A stretch of 64,000 nucleotides of DNA from NCBI GenBank assembly GCA_015680685.1, contig MNCI01000291.1, forward strand, positions 73,853 through 137,852, in the 5' to 3' direction. A program made the position numbers and the translations under genes. Within the stretch, counting starts at the first letter, position 1. Every line of letters begins with the position of its first letter. Shown in pieces: positions 12,995-27,531 of the stretch. Source of the DNA: Gnetum montanum (taxonomy: Eukaryota; Plantae; Gnetophyta). Under the pieces are notes generated by a model that saw only the letters and a program-made list of their open reading frames with translations, had not been told where the DNA came from and made no database searches.

Positions 12995-15935
12995 CAAACA
13001 TACATAATTAACCAAGAGATGTCCAAAAATCACATGCAATTCCAAACATGCAAACATGACATCATTAGTTATAAATTACAAGATAAGAATTCTAGGAAAT
13101 ATTTCACACGATCCATTTGGAGATTCCTTTCTATTTCCATCATTTTTCTTATATTTTCTAGTTATTTTCCAACTTGGAAGTACCAACTTTAGACTTTTCT
13201 TGGTCACACAAGATGTCTATAGGCTTGGAAAGACTTTTCTTCTATTAACTCTCAGCTTTTAGACAAGACATCTCGTATTCAAGCAAGACATGTATTATAG
13301 GAGTGGGATGTCTTATTTTTTCATAATACATCTCTTTAAAGATGTCTCTTATCTACATGAGACACCTCTAGCTAGGATAAGATATCTCCTTTGCAAATGG
13401 GATGTCTCTTGTGCATGACCAACTCTTAGCCAAGATGTCTCCCTAGCTTCATAAACCTACAATTAATCACCTATAGGGATGGAATATGGGCTGAAAAGAG
13501 GTATTTCTTCACCAATACATATGTGCTCTAGCTGGAAATTTTATACTAAAAAAAACACATGGTATGCTAATGGAATGTTTAATGATCTCCAATTTGTGAA
13601 AAATAGTTATGTATGCCTAAATTTGTTATGGTGAACTAGGGGAGAAACACATCCTCTCCTACTAGTTAATCCTTATGATAGTTTAAGACAGTGATTCCAT
13701 CATGCATCAAATATGAGGTAGTGTATGTGAGTGATGTTCCTTCTTATAATGAATTACTTTTTATGGATGGTTATTCTTATATCTATTAATCTTGTGAAGA
13801 GAATCTAGCTTGAATGTCTCAAGGACTTCACAATTTGGTATTATGATGTGATGGGTCTATGTTCATTTTTTGTGAAGCTACATTTGGATTCTCTTCTAAG
13901 GGTCCTTTGTTAGGAATGCTTTATTGGATAAACTCATTATCCATAAAAAGAATTAATAGAATTTTAAATTGTTCTATTTACAAATCTCATATTTGAGAGG
14001 AATGTTCCCATGTTCTTAAATTTTGAATGCTAGTTTAAGCACAAAAGCTCTTGGATGATTTAATATCTTGGTTCTTTTATTTAATTTTTTCTCATTAAGA
14101 ATTTGGTTTGACTTAAGGAGTAGCTATTTCAAATATGGATGGTGATTCATTTTTATGTCAAACAAATGCTTTGTTTCTAGCTTGTGAATACTCTAATATA
14201 CAAGTACTTATGTTATTGACATGGTGAGTTACAATTGGTGAATAGTGGAATATGTAGAAATACTCTTGGAGAAGTGGTGATTGTGGTAGATAAATTTTTA
14301 TATTCAAAATATTCCTTCCATGTTCAACATCTCATATGATGGAGAACTTGGTAAAATTATATTTTACCCACATGGTATGATTCTTTGGTTGTTGATAAAC
14401 CCTCCAATTTTCTCATTTTTGTGATTAAACACTCTTGTCTTTTTATTTTTTATTTTTACTATTTTACTATATCAAACTATGTTGATTTAATTGATGCCCA
14501 TTAATATGAACTAAATACTTTGATAAGTCTCTATTATCACAAGATGTCACCAAATCTACCTAAATCGATAATGATATTGATTGGGATAAAAAACTTTGAC
14601 ATATTTTAAAGTAAAAAACATTGATAGACATCACCAAATCAATCTAGGTTGATCCAATTTATGTTGATTTTCATAAATATCAAGATGAGGTTTGATATCA
14701 TTTAACTAAAGAAATAACTGCCTTGCTAAGGAATGAAGATGTTAATTTACACTACTGGTGTAATACAAATTGGCTATTAAAGAACATTGCCACCATGATA
14801 TAGTTCAATACCTTATAATCAATCTCCATTGAAGTTATCAATGAATATCTAAATAAAAACATTTTTTCAGCTGTAATGAAGGCTCTTCTTGTATAAATTA
14901 AAGATCTCAACATCCAATTGGGGGGATTGAATACCGAGAGAGACACACATCAAGTTAAAACCATTCTTTAAGCTTTTCCTTTTATGAATTACCACGTAAA
15001 GGTTTGTTGAGCCTTGTGGCAATTATCAACCTTTGGAGTTCATTGATGGATTGTTGAGATTGTTGCACTATGAAAATAGTGAGGTAGAGTCATAGATTAG
15101 GAGAAGTCTTTCTTGTAATCTTCATTATTCATACTAATATCTTCTGATTTCAATTTTATTCAATTATTCAATTTCCACTATTGAACTTGGGATTAGAAGT
15201 TAGGATTAAATTTTATTATTTTACTTATGAATGATAGTCATAAGTGTGGAATTTTGATTAGATTTGAATCTAACCATTTATTGTCTTAATGATTTCTTTA
15301 ACTTTGGGCCATTCCTCCATGGATATGATAGGTGCGTTAGTCATAGATGAGATGACATCTCTAAAATGGAGGTAATCTAGAACCAAATTTTAGTTGGCTC
15401 ATCAGTTGCCTATGAACATTATGATAGACCATGGTTTTTATTTTAAAGAAGGTTTTAACAAAGGTTATATTGATTCTAGAAATTTTATTATTTATCATAG
15501 TGATTTTGAAATGTGATTCTATATTAGCCACCTTAATGGAAGGAGATGTGGTTGGGCTAACCTACCCTCCTTTATCCCTTGGGACTAGCAAAGGATAGTA
15601 TATGAATGTTCACTTGCAAATTTTTTTTTGAATAAGATAAAACAATTTTTGAAACATCCTACTCTCTTTATGAAGACTTCAGAAAGAAATAAGTTTAAAA
15701 CATTAAGTGAATTGATCTATTATTTTTAGAATGATTGGTTTTAGTCAACCAAAACTGACAAGGATCTCTTTGTAGAAATATTGTTAAGAAAAAGTTAACT
15801 AATTTATATAAGCTTCACTATCATCTAACTATGAAACTAAAGAAGATATGTAATTTTTAACTTTTGATTAGTAAAAGAAATTCTCTATTCTTTTTTGAGG
15901 GTCAAATTATCATTTATGCAAGTTTCTTTGTTTGC

Positions 15936-15937
<2 letters not shown>

Positions 15938-15980
<43 letters not shown>

Positions 15981-16000
15981 NAGAGAGAGAGAGAGAGAGA
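15938..16000. repeat. (GA)n microsatellite, ~31 units, with an N at 15981
   Basis: Directly visible. Confidence 0.97.
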
Positions 16001-16693
16001 ACACATGTTTTCTGATGATAGCTTTGAGTAGGAGGCAAATGTTCTTGATGGAAAATTTAAACAAGGAATATATGTCCTTGATTATGGCTTTTTTATTGTG
16101 ACTCTGAGTAGGAAGCATATATTCTTTGGTTGTGACTTTTAGTAGTAAGTACAAATTTCTATCATGTATTTAAGAAGAAGCATACATATTTTTAAGGGAA
16201 GGGAATGCTCCAACGTTTGGGTAATTACCATAGTAAGGGTAAAGTCCCAAAGATTCTTATTCATTCTAGTGAAAAAACTACCACTAGGCATAGAGAGTGA
16301 TTCCCCTAAGGTATGAAATAGTCTTCTCTTGGATGTAGAGAATTGATTTTACACTCATACAAAATGCTAAAGGTAAAGAAAAAAACTTGTATATCAGGTG
16401 AGTAAATATTTCTCTAGGAAAAAAACTTGATATAGTTTGCATGAAAAAGGGTAAGCCTTTTCTTACTTAACCTGGGTTACATGAACATTCTTATGTCTGG
16501 CTTGGATATCAAGTTGATTTTAACATTCATGCTTTATAGTTGAATATCCTAATTGTTGAATTTTCTTGTCTGACAATTGTTAGATAAAATTTGAGTGGCT
16601 TAATATCCTTAATATTGAGTGTGCTATTCATGTTTGAGGAAGTATCCAAACAAAGACTTAAGTTTCAAGAACTTTACTTATGTTAAGTGGGAG

Positions 16694-17205
16694 TTTGACA
16701 TCCTATTCTTAGATGATGTCATAAAAATATAGTTGCTTAATTCATTGCATTAATCACATTCTTAAGTAATACAATGGAAACATCATAAAATACTTAATAA
16801 CTGAATTAACTATTGAATGAATAACTAGTACATAAAATAGGAAAGAAAAATGAAAAAAATTTATTAATGACAGAGAAAGTATTGTAACATCCTTTGGGTT
16901 ATCTTTCCATGTTACTTAAGCCTTAGAGGTAATCCAACACTGCCACTATGGTTAGGCTATCTAGCTAAAGGGACGATTAGTTACTTCTTGTCCTACTTCA
17001 CCCAGCTCTTGTTACTTGCCTTTCCAAGCTCTGCAACTTCATGCTAACACAACCTCTAAACTCTACCTCACATGGCATAGGTCAAACCCATACTTGAGGG
17101 ATGCATGAATAATCGTAACTCCTCATAATAAGGCACCCTTTCATTTAAAGGTTAATTACATTGTTGAAATTTATTTCTATCCTTAACAAGGGATGGAACA
17201 TTATA
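16694..17205 (-). repeat. 3' LTR of B
   Basis: Homologous to 33987-34487 (e.g. AAGTAATACAATGGAAACATCATAAAATACTTAATAA is identical in both). Confidence 0.92.
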
Positions 17206-17404
17206 ATATAACCTCCTTAAGCATCCAGCTCATCCTTGAGTGCTTCCTCTATATCTAGCTACTTAACTGTTGCTTCTTCATTATGCTCCTCAAATTCAAC
17301 TTCTTTATTATCCTCATTACCATCTATACAAACAAAAGACTAGAAATTATAAAATATAATTTATTACATCAATAATAAATACAATTTATCATTCAATATC
17401 AGGA

Positions 17405-20400
17405 TGATCAAAAAGTTGGGGGTAAGTATTAAGAATAAACTTCATATTTTCCAAAGTCTACTGATCACAATTTGAACATTGAACAAGTACTTTGTTGATG
17501 GTTTTATTTTGTAACATCTTCGTTCGATGGTTCTTAATTGCAATGGGTTTAACTTCAAAGTTGGTGTTGGATCACAGGGGAAAAGTATTCCAATCTAGCA
17601 CATATGGCACATCATTTGCATAAAATTTCTTTAGCAAACTTACATGGAAAACTGGGTGAATTCTTAAGGATATTGGAAGATTTAATCGATATGCCACTTC
17701 GCCAATTCTTTCAAAGATTTCAAAGGGTCCACAATATTTGGGTGCAAATTTAGTATATTTTCAAAGTTTAAGAGAACACTTGGTAGGTCTTACTCATAGT
17801 AATACTTGATCTCCCACTTGATCTCTTATATTTATCTTGGAAAGCTTGTAAATTTTGTTTAACTCTTGTAACAATGTTTTCCATTATTTTCATTTATTTT
17901 TTCTTCCATTCCATTCTTAAGGTTGGATTTGCCCAAGTTAGTGGTGTACAGTAGTTACGTCCATATACTACTTTGAATGGTGTTTGATGTATGGAACCTT
18001 GATAATTATTGTTATAGGAAAATTCTACTAGATGCAAGTAACTCTCCCATGTTTTCGGTCTACTTCCAACATAGATTTGTAGATTATCTTCTAATATTAT
18101 ATTCACATTTTTGGCTTGCCCATTAGTCTTTGGGTGGTAAGCTATGCTAAAACTTCAGTTGAGTTCCAAGCTCTTTGAAATTTTGTTTTCAAAATTCAGA
18201 TATGAACTTGGGATCTTGGTTCAAGGTGATAGATTTTGGACATCCATGCAACTAAAATACTTATCATATGAATTTTTGGGCTACTTCTTCATCTATGTTG
18301 GTAAATTTCAAGCTATAAAATGTGCCATATTTTATAGACAATCAACCATTACCATAATTGAGTCATTTGATTTTTTGGTTATTGGAAATCCCATAATTAA
18401 ATCCATGGTAGCATCTTTCCATTTTTAGGTTGGAACTTCTAGAGGTTATAATAACCCACTAGGTTTGTTTTGTTTAGCATTTATTCTTTGGCATGTTGGA
18501 CAATTTTTAATGTAAGAGGACACATCATTCTACATTCTAGGCCAAAAACAATATTTGTGTAACATCATATAAGTCTTAATATAACCTGGGTGTCCTTCAT
18601 ATGGTACTTCATGTACTTCACACAATAACCTTAGTCTCTAATTTCCTTTTGGAATGTACACTCTTTGTCTTTTCATTAATAAACCATTAGAAGCAAGTTG
18701 ATCTTGATGCTCAGAGGAAATATTAGTTAGAATCTTCTTGAAATAAGGATATTCTTTTATCTATTTTTTAATTTCTTCTTCCATAGGGGTTGTTACCACA
18801 CCTATAATCAAGTTTCACATTTGACTAAGGGCATTGGCTACCACATATTATTTACTAGGAATGTATTTGATTTCTAAATCATATTCAGCCAATAATTCTA
18901 CTCATCATTATTGACAAGTATTCAAAATAGGCTATCTCTACAAATCTTCTAAACTTTTATGATCTATTTTTGGTACAAACCTTTTTGTACAAAGATAATG
19001 TCTCCAAACTTTTAGATCATGAACAATTGCTAATAATTCTAAATCCAGGGTTGAAGAATTTACCTTAGCTCCTCATAATGTATGAGATTCATAACATACC
19101 ACTTTATCTTCTTATGAAAGAATTATAGTGATTCCTATTCCACAAGCATCTATGATTACTTCAAATTGTAATTCTTCATCCAAAATTTTTAGAATAGGTG
19201 CTATTATGAGTGTCATATTTAATATAAGAGAAGCTTACCTACATTTTTCATCAAACTTGAACACATTCTTGTCCTACAAAAAGTCAGTCAAGGGGCCTAC
19301 TAAAGTGAATAATCTTTAATGAAACATTAGTAAAAACCTACTAAGCCCAAAAAACTATGAACTACTATAGCATCTTTTAGTTTAGGCCAATCTTGAATTG
19401 CACAAACCTTTGCTAGATCTACTTGCAATCCTTTCTTAGAAACTATATGGCCAAAGTAAGATCTTCTTTAAAGAGTTCATGTTTGCTTAATTTTTCTTTT
19501 AACTAATGCTCTTTAATAATTTCCATTGTAATTTTTAAATGTTTGACATGTTCTTTTCTTGACTTAGAAACAAGTCTATCATCCATCAATACTATAATAA
19601 ACTGATCAAGAAATTCATGAAAAATAATATTCATTAATGCCATGAATGTTATAGGTTCATTAGTTAATCCAAATGGCATCACAAGAAATTTGTATAATTC
19701 ATACCTAGTTCTAAAAGTAGTTTTCTCAATATCTTTTTCCTTAATTCTTATTTGGTCATAGCCTAATTTTAAATTAATCTTTGAAAAAGAACATGCACCT
19801 GTAAGTTGATCACAAAATATCAATCCTAGGCAAAGGATAAGTATTTTAAATCATCACTTTATTCAATGCCCTATAATCGATGCATAATCTTAACATGCCA
19901 TCTTTCTTTTTAACGAATAAGGTTAGTGCATCCCAAGGTGATATGCTATGTCAAAATTTTCCTTCTTCCAATAATTAATCTAATTGTACTTTCAATTCTC
20001 TTAATTAAAAAGTCAAAAGTCTATTAGGGGCTTTTGAAATAGGTTGTTCACCGATAAAAATATCAATAGCATGATCAATAGTTCTGTTTAGAGGTAGTTC
20101 TCTAATTTCACCAAATATTGAATCTTTATATTCTTGAAGTTCTTTTGGAATCTCAATTCCTAAAGATTTTTGAGGTTGGATTACTTTGATAACTAACATC
20201 ATAGCATCCTTTTTGACTTATCTTTTGGCTTGCTTAATGGTTATCGTGTGAATTTTCTTTGTTGTTCCTACCCCCCTTAAAGCCATAACTCTATTAATGG
20301 TTGGAACTTCTAAAATACCAGTTCCAAAGTGGGTAGTAATATCAAATATTTGTAGGAATGAAATTTCTAAAATCACATCAACATTGCCTAGTTCAAATTT

Positions 20401-21872
20401 TAAAAATTCATCAATGAAAGGCATGTCTTACAAAGGAAGATGATTTCTTTGTACCTAGTATGCTTGCTCACTATCATTCCATTTGTAAGTTCTATCTTAA
20501 TAATTTTCTTGGAAGGTAAACTTAATTTCACTAAATTAATTAACTTTGGAGAAATAAAGATATCACTAGCATCAATATCAATCAAAAATTATTTTTTACC
20601 ATTAATTGAACCTTCAAAAATTAGTAAAGCAAGTTGAAATTCATGCAAACCTAATTTAGTTAATGTAAAAATTTTCTTCACAACTGTGGTGGTGTTTGGG
20701 ATTTTTTCTTTACTCATGTTAGGGTTGGGTTATTGATTCATAATTTGATTAGTCCTTGGTACCTTTGTTCATAATTTTGGATAATCTTGTTTGAAAGAAT
20801 CTTTACCACCAACAAAATAACCCGACCCCGATTGAGCTCTCTTGGTTAGTGTTTCTTCTACAGTTGCTTGTCGAAGGGTAGTTTGTACCCGATTTGATTC
20901 TTTATAATTCATAGCAATTGTATATGCTTCATCAACTATTTGAGGAGTATGTGCTCATTTTTAGGGATGTAATTGTGCATGTAATTTACTAATAAATTTT
21001 TAAGCTAATTCTCCCTCTTCTCAGTGACTTACATACCAAGAGAGATCACTGAATTCTTTGTAGTAATCTTCTATGGATCACCTTTCCAATCTTAAGAAAT
21101 AAAATCTCATTTTTTGCTATTTGAAAAAAGAACCAGGTACAAATTTTTGTTCAAAATCTTGACAAAAGTTGAACCAATTTTTAATCAAACCTTGAGATCT
21201 TAGTCCATTCCACCATGTTGTTGCAAGTCCTCTTAAATATAAGGAGATAACTTCTAAATGTTCTTGACTTGATAGATTTAACATATCAAAGTAACTTTTT
21301 ATTGTATCAAGCCAATCCTTCCCGTTGGCATTGGATCTAGAGGATCCATCATAATGGTCTAAGTTTACTTTCTTGGGATGAAGTTGAGCCAATGATTCTC
21401 TGGGTATATTATGCCAATTCCCATATACCTCATTTTCATTTTCTACTCTATGATCTAAAGAAGGAATATTGGTATCTTGGTGACCAATATGTGGGGGTTG
21501 GTTTCTATGTAGATCCTTAGGGAAAAGTGGATCTTGGTCTTGACATTCATCTCTAGATGAAACATGGATAGGATTTGAGAACTAAGTGAGATGGTCAGTT
21601 AATTGCTTGATGGAGTTTGCAAAGGAATCCATCTTTTCTTGCATGTTTGACCATTTATCCTCTAAAATTTAGAAAAATTTCCTAATTTCTTCAGACATAT
21701 CCTACATCTCTATATTTAATCCTTGATTTGACTGATGAAGCTCTTCTTGAACTCCCTTGATCTCATTAATTTGATCCTCAAGGGCATTCATCTAGTCATT
21801 GACTTAGGTCTCCATTGCTCTCCAATGTACTCTTCAGGTTTTGGACATTGATAGGTTGAAGAAATTAGACAT
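17405..21872 (-). pseudogene. gag-pol: gag-pol of B (gag, aspartic protease, RT, RNase H, integrase, chromodomain), many stops and frameshifts
   Basis: gag ORF 21117-21392 (YLRGLATTWW); protease 20218-20640; RT 19503-19823 (FSKINLKLGYDQIRIKEKDIEKTTFRTRY..MPFGLTN). INT 17894-18106 (HLVEFSYNN..TPFKVVYGR) and GPF motif [20 protein letters not shown]. Chromodomain VKPIAIKNHRTKMLQNKTINKVLVQC..YPQLF at ~17410-17560. Confidence 0.92.
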
Positions 21873-22589
21873 GTTGGCAATCCTTGGCTTCTATGGCACT
21901 TTTATGGATCTCAAAATAGTTAATTGGTTGTAGAAGAAGTTGAAACTATCATGGATTTCTACCCAACCAGTGAATCCTAATTATTTTTGGATCTTATGTA
22001 ATGGATTAAAAGCTAATTTTTTATCATCCAAAAGCTTACTCTAACCATTTCATTGAGTATAGGAGGTTCAAATCTATTGGAATTAATTTTTGTTTGGTTG
22101 AAAATGAACTCCAAATTCCAAAGTTGTGGTAATTTTAAGTTTTGTAAAACTATGTGATTTTCAAGAATTCTCGATAGCTAACCCATCCTAGTTCTACTCT
22201 AGGTCAAGCAAGCTTAATTACGAAAGTTTTATTCTTGTTATTACCAAGGTGTCAAATTCAATTTTTAAAAATTATTTTCACATGTTTTTGATTTAAAGCA
22301 ATCCATTGGCAATAGGAATTTTGAATTTTCTATTAGTTGACAGAAATTTCAAAATTTTTGTCAATTGCTAGAAAATATCAAATTTTTTATTAATTGACAA
22401 AACTTTTTTTTCCATCGCCAAAGGTATGAGTGGTTGTTGGACAAGGATGGTGGTGAGGTAGGGGACACAAATGAGGGTAATGGAAAGCAAGGATGGATGT
22501 GCAGGAAGCAACACAATAGTGGAAGCGAGTGTTAGTGGTGGTGGTGTAAGTTTGATAGTGGAGGGGGCTATGCTGGGAGGCTTGTATTA

Positions 22590-22870
22590 GGGATCATGCA
22601 ATCCCTCTTTGGGCTTGCATGGCCCTTTCCAAGACATGCACAACTCGTATTAGGACTTGAATGACCCTTCTTTGAACCTATGCAACCCTTCATATGGCTT
22701 GCATGGCCCCTCTCAAGGCTCACATAGTCTCTCTCAAGGCTTTTAGGTCCTTCTCAAGGCTTGCACAACCTCTTAGAGGGTTCACATGATCCTTCATAGG
22801 GCTTGTGCAGTCCTCTCCAAGGCCTGCATGACCCATCATAGGGCTTGTGCAATCCTTTTTAGGGCTTGGG
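22590..22870. repeat. Degenerate ~21-bp minisatellite (GGGCTTGCATGGCCC.TCTCA) in the 5' region of B
   Basis: About a dozen diverged units are visible. Confidence 0.75.
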
Positions 22871-22914
22871 GTCTACACAGCCAACATTGTGCATGATTTC
22901 TAAGTTATTGATGA

Positions 22915-23110
22915 TCCTAGAGGGCACTAGGGGTGCTTGTGATCGATGGCACTTTATACTATTGAGGGTGCTTGTGATCAATGACATTGTCAATGCTTGG
23001 GGAGTGCTAGAGGTACCTATGATTAGTAGCACCATTAGTGACTACAGAGCACCAAGGGTGCTTTCGATTGGTGACATCAACGGTGCCCATGGAGCAGTAA
23101 GGATGCTTGT
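22915..23110. repeat. Degenerate ~41-bp minisatellite (GGGTGCTTGTGATCGATGGCACC..), continued at 30878-31040 beyond insertion C
   Basis: The same unit flanks both sides of element C. Confidence 0.7.
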
Positions 23111-24758
23111 TGTAATGACCAAAAATGTCAGTGGCTAGAATCATTAAGGGATTAATGGTCACACAACCTTAACCTTGCCTCCATGTGAGAACCTTATTGG
23201 AAATGGAGGCAGAGCACCCCAAATAGTCTTGTTGATTGAATAAGGACTTTTCTGATTATAACTAGGGTGGTGGGTACAATCAAGGGGTGGCATGGTTACC
23301 CAAAATGAAAGTGCAAGCAATGTAAAATGGTGTTAAGTATCAAAGTGGTGCCTTGCAGTGCTAAGTATAGAATGTAGTCACAAAATGGGGGCAAGTGTAG
23401 CCAAGGGTTTTGGCTGAAATGAGAGTGTCAACCCGTGAAGACTATCACCTAAGCATAGTACAACATGATGACATGTGAAAAAGTGCAAAAGGATGTATGA
23501 AAAATGCAATAAAATGATAGAAATGGGAGAGAGAAATAGAACACCACCTCAAATGGAAGCATAGTTAACACCAAAAGGATCTTAGAAGGTACATAATGTA
23601 CAACAGGTATAGTGAGAGTGTAGTCATAGTCTTGGTTGTGTTGGGCCATGAAATTTGGTGCTCACCATGATGAACTGTGGTTGTTGAGTTGGCCACCATA
23701 GTGTATTAGGTAGTGTTCTGTAGGGTTGCAATAGGGCCTTGGTATATCATGTAATGCAGCTATACCTCTCTACTAGTGTGGTGTGCTCTAGGTCTCGTTC
23801 AGCCACAAAGCTAAGTGCCAAGATGTCAAAATAAAAAATGCCAAATGAAAGTGCCCATTGCCAAGCAGTGAAAAATGGAAGCCCACCCCTAAAACATTGG
23901 GGTGTAGGGGTATTTATAGGGCTAGGGTTAGCTCAAAATGTAGATTAGGTGCCACGTGGTAGTGCAGTAGGTGGGACTACAAGAAAAATTTAGAAAATTT
24001 TCAAAGTCTAGAGGTGACCAAAAAAAGTTTAAAATTTTTTTTAACTCTAGTTGCTATGCTCATCCCATGTTATGTGCGGGACATGGGATGCTCCCCAGGT
24101 ATAGGGTGTAGCATGGACACTTAGAAGAATTTGGTAAAAATTGTAGTCCTTATTCTTGCTATGCTAGCTATGCTCTAGAGCATAGTAGAAGGGGTAGCCT
24201 TAGGAGGTAGAAAATTTGCCAAATGTCTCTTCCATGCTGAGCTAGCTTGATAGCCTCTAGCTTGACACTTAGGAAAAAGTGGTAACTAAGGTGCTAGCTA
24301 CAATCTAGAGTGTAGCAGGGGAAATGGGAGCATAGCACAACACTTAGAAAATACTACAAAACTAGCCATTTGTGTGTTGGCTATTCTTGGTATGCTCTAG
24401 AGTGTAGCAGAGCATAACATCTATAGTGCTGGAGCATAGCAGCTATAGTTTCAGAGCATAGCACAACACTTAAAAAAAATTTCTGTAGCTTGTATCATCA
24501 TTTTGACACTTAGCCAAAATTGCAGAACATTGGTTGTTGAAGCTAACTATGCTCTATTATAGTGGAGATCATGGTCCCAGCACTTAGAAAAATTTGTAGA
24601 AAGTGCCATCATTTTGACACTTAAATTTTTTTTGCAAATTTGGTAGTTGGAGTTGACTACACTCAACAATTAGAAAAATTTGGGCAAAGTGTCATCATTT
24701 TGACACTTAACCAAATTTGTAGTCGAGATCCCGAGACTCAAAATTTTTTGGTGTTTCA
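23111..24758 (-). repeat. 3' LTR of C
   Basis: Collinear with 29188-30877; TATA-like CCCTATAAATAC on the minus strand near 23910-23921. Confidence 0.92.
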
Positions 24759-26514
24759 ATGGCCCCTCTTTGTTGACGTCTAGAGGAGTGACTTGAGAGA
24801 CATCAACAAAGAATTGCAAAACACCATAGTAGACATGACACTAACATTGCTTGTTAGTACCAGATCAAGTGTTGGTTCACCAATGTTTAAGATTGCTGTG
24901 GATAAGGGTATGTTGGGGCAAAGTGTGTAGGCAATGTACTAGGGAGATGAAATGCAAGCAGAGAAAATAAAATGCAAGCAATGTATCCTAATGCAAGATG
25001 TGAAGTTAGCATGGCTAATAGTAACCATGGCATGAAGTGGATTGCCCCTAAAACATTGACCTCTTGTCAGAGTGCTTATGAGAGAGTTAAGGTGTGGACT
25101 CAAGGTTGGGCTGGTTGCAAAATTGTAGCATTGTCAATTTTCTTGGGGATGTGATTTTTTCCATTTTTCCATTTTTCCTTTTTTTTTTCATTTTTTGCCT
25201 TTTTTTTACGAGGTGAACCCCTATTGGGTTTGGCTTACTACTAAATGCTAGCTGCAAAATGTGGGCCATCAAGTAGATGGGCTTTATTTTGATGGAATCA
25301 TGTTGCATCTATAGGATAGGTGTTTCCTCCCTAGGATGAGTTGCCTTACATCTGCTTAGGCTTGGACTAGCCCATAGAGGCTCCACATGGAACAAGCTAC
25401 ATTACATCTGCCATGGGTTCTATGATTGACATGAGGAGAATGCCATATGCAACATAGTGCATATGCATTAGAGGGATGTGTGATCATGAGTATGTAGGGG
25501 ATGAGAGGCTATTGGAATGAAGGAGTGGATGCACATAGGCTATAATGGGATGAGGGGTATGTACACTCTTGAGTGGCTTAACTAGTCCAATTATGCACAT
25601 TGGAGCAATGTGGTGACTTGCCACTGTAATGAGATGCATCTTTGCACGATTGCCTCCAAGGCTTTGTCCTACAAACACAACTTTGAGAGGACAAGAAAGC
25701 CACACAACATGAAATGCAAATGCAAATGCCAAATGTGAAGATTCTATAAGTGCTAGATGTAAAGATGCTGCAAATGCATCAAATGCTAGGCCAATTGCAA
25801 GTGCTCAAAAAGCTAGTGAAAGTGCCAAGGCAATGATATTGCAAGTCCTTAAAAGGCCACACTAATGGAAGGTGCTCGAAAAGATTAGTAGAATGGTGGA
25901 AGGTAGTGATGCTACGAGTACCCTAAGGGTTCTACCAATGGCAGGTGCTCCAATAGATTAGAAACATGCCAATTTAAAGTCTTGGTAGACCGTGAACCTA
26001 GTTTAAGGCCTTGGTAGACTGTGATGTGCTAGTTTATAGTCCCAGTAGACTATTAGGTGCTAGTTTAACATTGTAGTGGATGGTGGATGTTGTGCTAGTT
26101 TAATATCATGACCTAAGGACAATCTATGCTAGTTTATAGTCATAGCAGTTATTGGACCAGTTTATAGTCATAGTGGACTGTCTGTGCTAGTTTTTTATGT
26201 CATGTTGAATAAATGCTTACCTTGCCTATGTGAGGTGTGATGCTGCATACATAGTCATGTTGTGTGCCTACAAGGTCCTGCAAAAATCAACTAGAAAAAT
26301 AACATCAAGCAACAAATATTGTAAATAGAGTTAAAATGCACAAATGAAAGGAAAGCAATGTAAAAAGCGATAGTTTTAGGCCATTCTGGGCCTTTTCAGG
26401 CCATGTGTTTTTGTAGTTTTATGTTTTTTTATTTTTATGTGTTTTTGATGTTTTTCAAATGCAATGCATGAGCTAAGTGGATGGATGCATAAACAAAGTG
26501 AAGCAATGTGTAAA

Positions 26515-27531
26515 CTAGGCAAGCAGGTGAAATGTAAATGCATGAACATATGTAATGCAAGAAAGAACCAAAAATGCATGGCCCATGAAGATAAGAAGTA
26601 AGCAAGTGCTTATCACGTTTTTGGAAAAGGAAAAGTCTTGGTCACATAGTTGCTTCCTAACTGGGCATGTATTAGGGGGTGTGCAAGGCTTAGGATCCTC
26701 TAGGAGGCTATTGGCTTCAACCACTTGTTCAAGTGTGTTAGCCTTAGGTGTTGCGTTGGTTGCCATAGGTGCATCACCAAGAAACTCCACCTTTGACACT
26801 TGCTCTATGTCTATGTTGTGGATAGCCAAAGAGAAGGCATTATCACTGTGGATGATAACTTGGCCACCTTTGTATGGAAGGTGGACTTCTTGGTGGATGG
26901 GAGAGGAGATAGCCCATAGTTGGACTAGCCAAGGCCTACCTAGGATCAGGTTGAAGCTTGACATCTTTTCTATGAAAATGAAATCTATGCTAGTGGGGAA
27001 TTTCTCTCTAGCCACAAAGGCTAAGTTGATTGTACCCTTGATAGTGATGCGTGATTCATTGAAGGATTTTAGACACATGGTTTTGGTTGGCCTAATTTCG
27101 TCAGCCAAGCTTATATTTTTGATGATGGAGTATAGGACTACATTTATTATTGCACCATCATTGACATGCACCCTATGGATCATGCACTATCCAACACGTA
27201 TGCTAATGGATAGTGGAGCTATAGTGACCTCCCCTCATTTGGGGTTGACCTTGACTGCATTTTCGTGAAATGCTAGGGATGTTGAACATAATTCTTGTGA
27301 TGTAGGGGACAACCTTGTTGCACGGACATTATTCTCATCTATAGTGATATCCTCCATAATATGAATGAAGGTCAACATTTGGGCCAATTCTTGGTAGTGA
27401 GTAGATGAAGTTATTACTAGGTTAAACAATCTTAAAGTTATGTTCTTTTGCTTGAGCATTTGTTTCACCTGGGTTACTGTAGCTACGGAGTCCTTGTTGT
27501 TGGCCGTTATGTTGGCCTTGACTTCCACCAT
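26515..27531 (-). pseudogene. Tat/Ogre-type pre-protease segment and aspartic protease of C
   Basis: ORF 26515-27183 reads RVHVNDGAIINV..SFNLILGRPWL..SPIHQEVHLP. ORF 27235-27531 resembles the helical segment that precedes Tat/Ogre protease. Confidence 0.82.

Larger units (their letters stand above)
1..13450 (-). mobile_element. Degenerate Ty3/gypsy chromovirus, CRM-like (host element H); 3' part lies outside the window; interrupted by two insertions
   Basis: Read right to left it shows gag, CCHC knuckle, protease, RT and RNase H, with a Met-type PBS remnant at 10001-10012. RT SISPCATLVVLMPKKDNDEWRMCIDSR..RYRFPISRMDD resembles CRM RT. The right (LTR) end is approximate. Confidence 0.8.

Noticed and set aside
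13450-15900. Possible host gene or copia remnant
   Set aside because: I could not read any sustained frame or motif; left unannotated.
15885-16154. ORF with an SLSLSL tract
   Set aside because: It is a translation of the (GA)n microsatellite.
26555-27268. 237-aa plus-strand ORF, the longest in the window
   Set aside because: It is the antisense shadow of the protease ORF 26515-27183 and has no recognisable motif.
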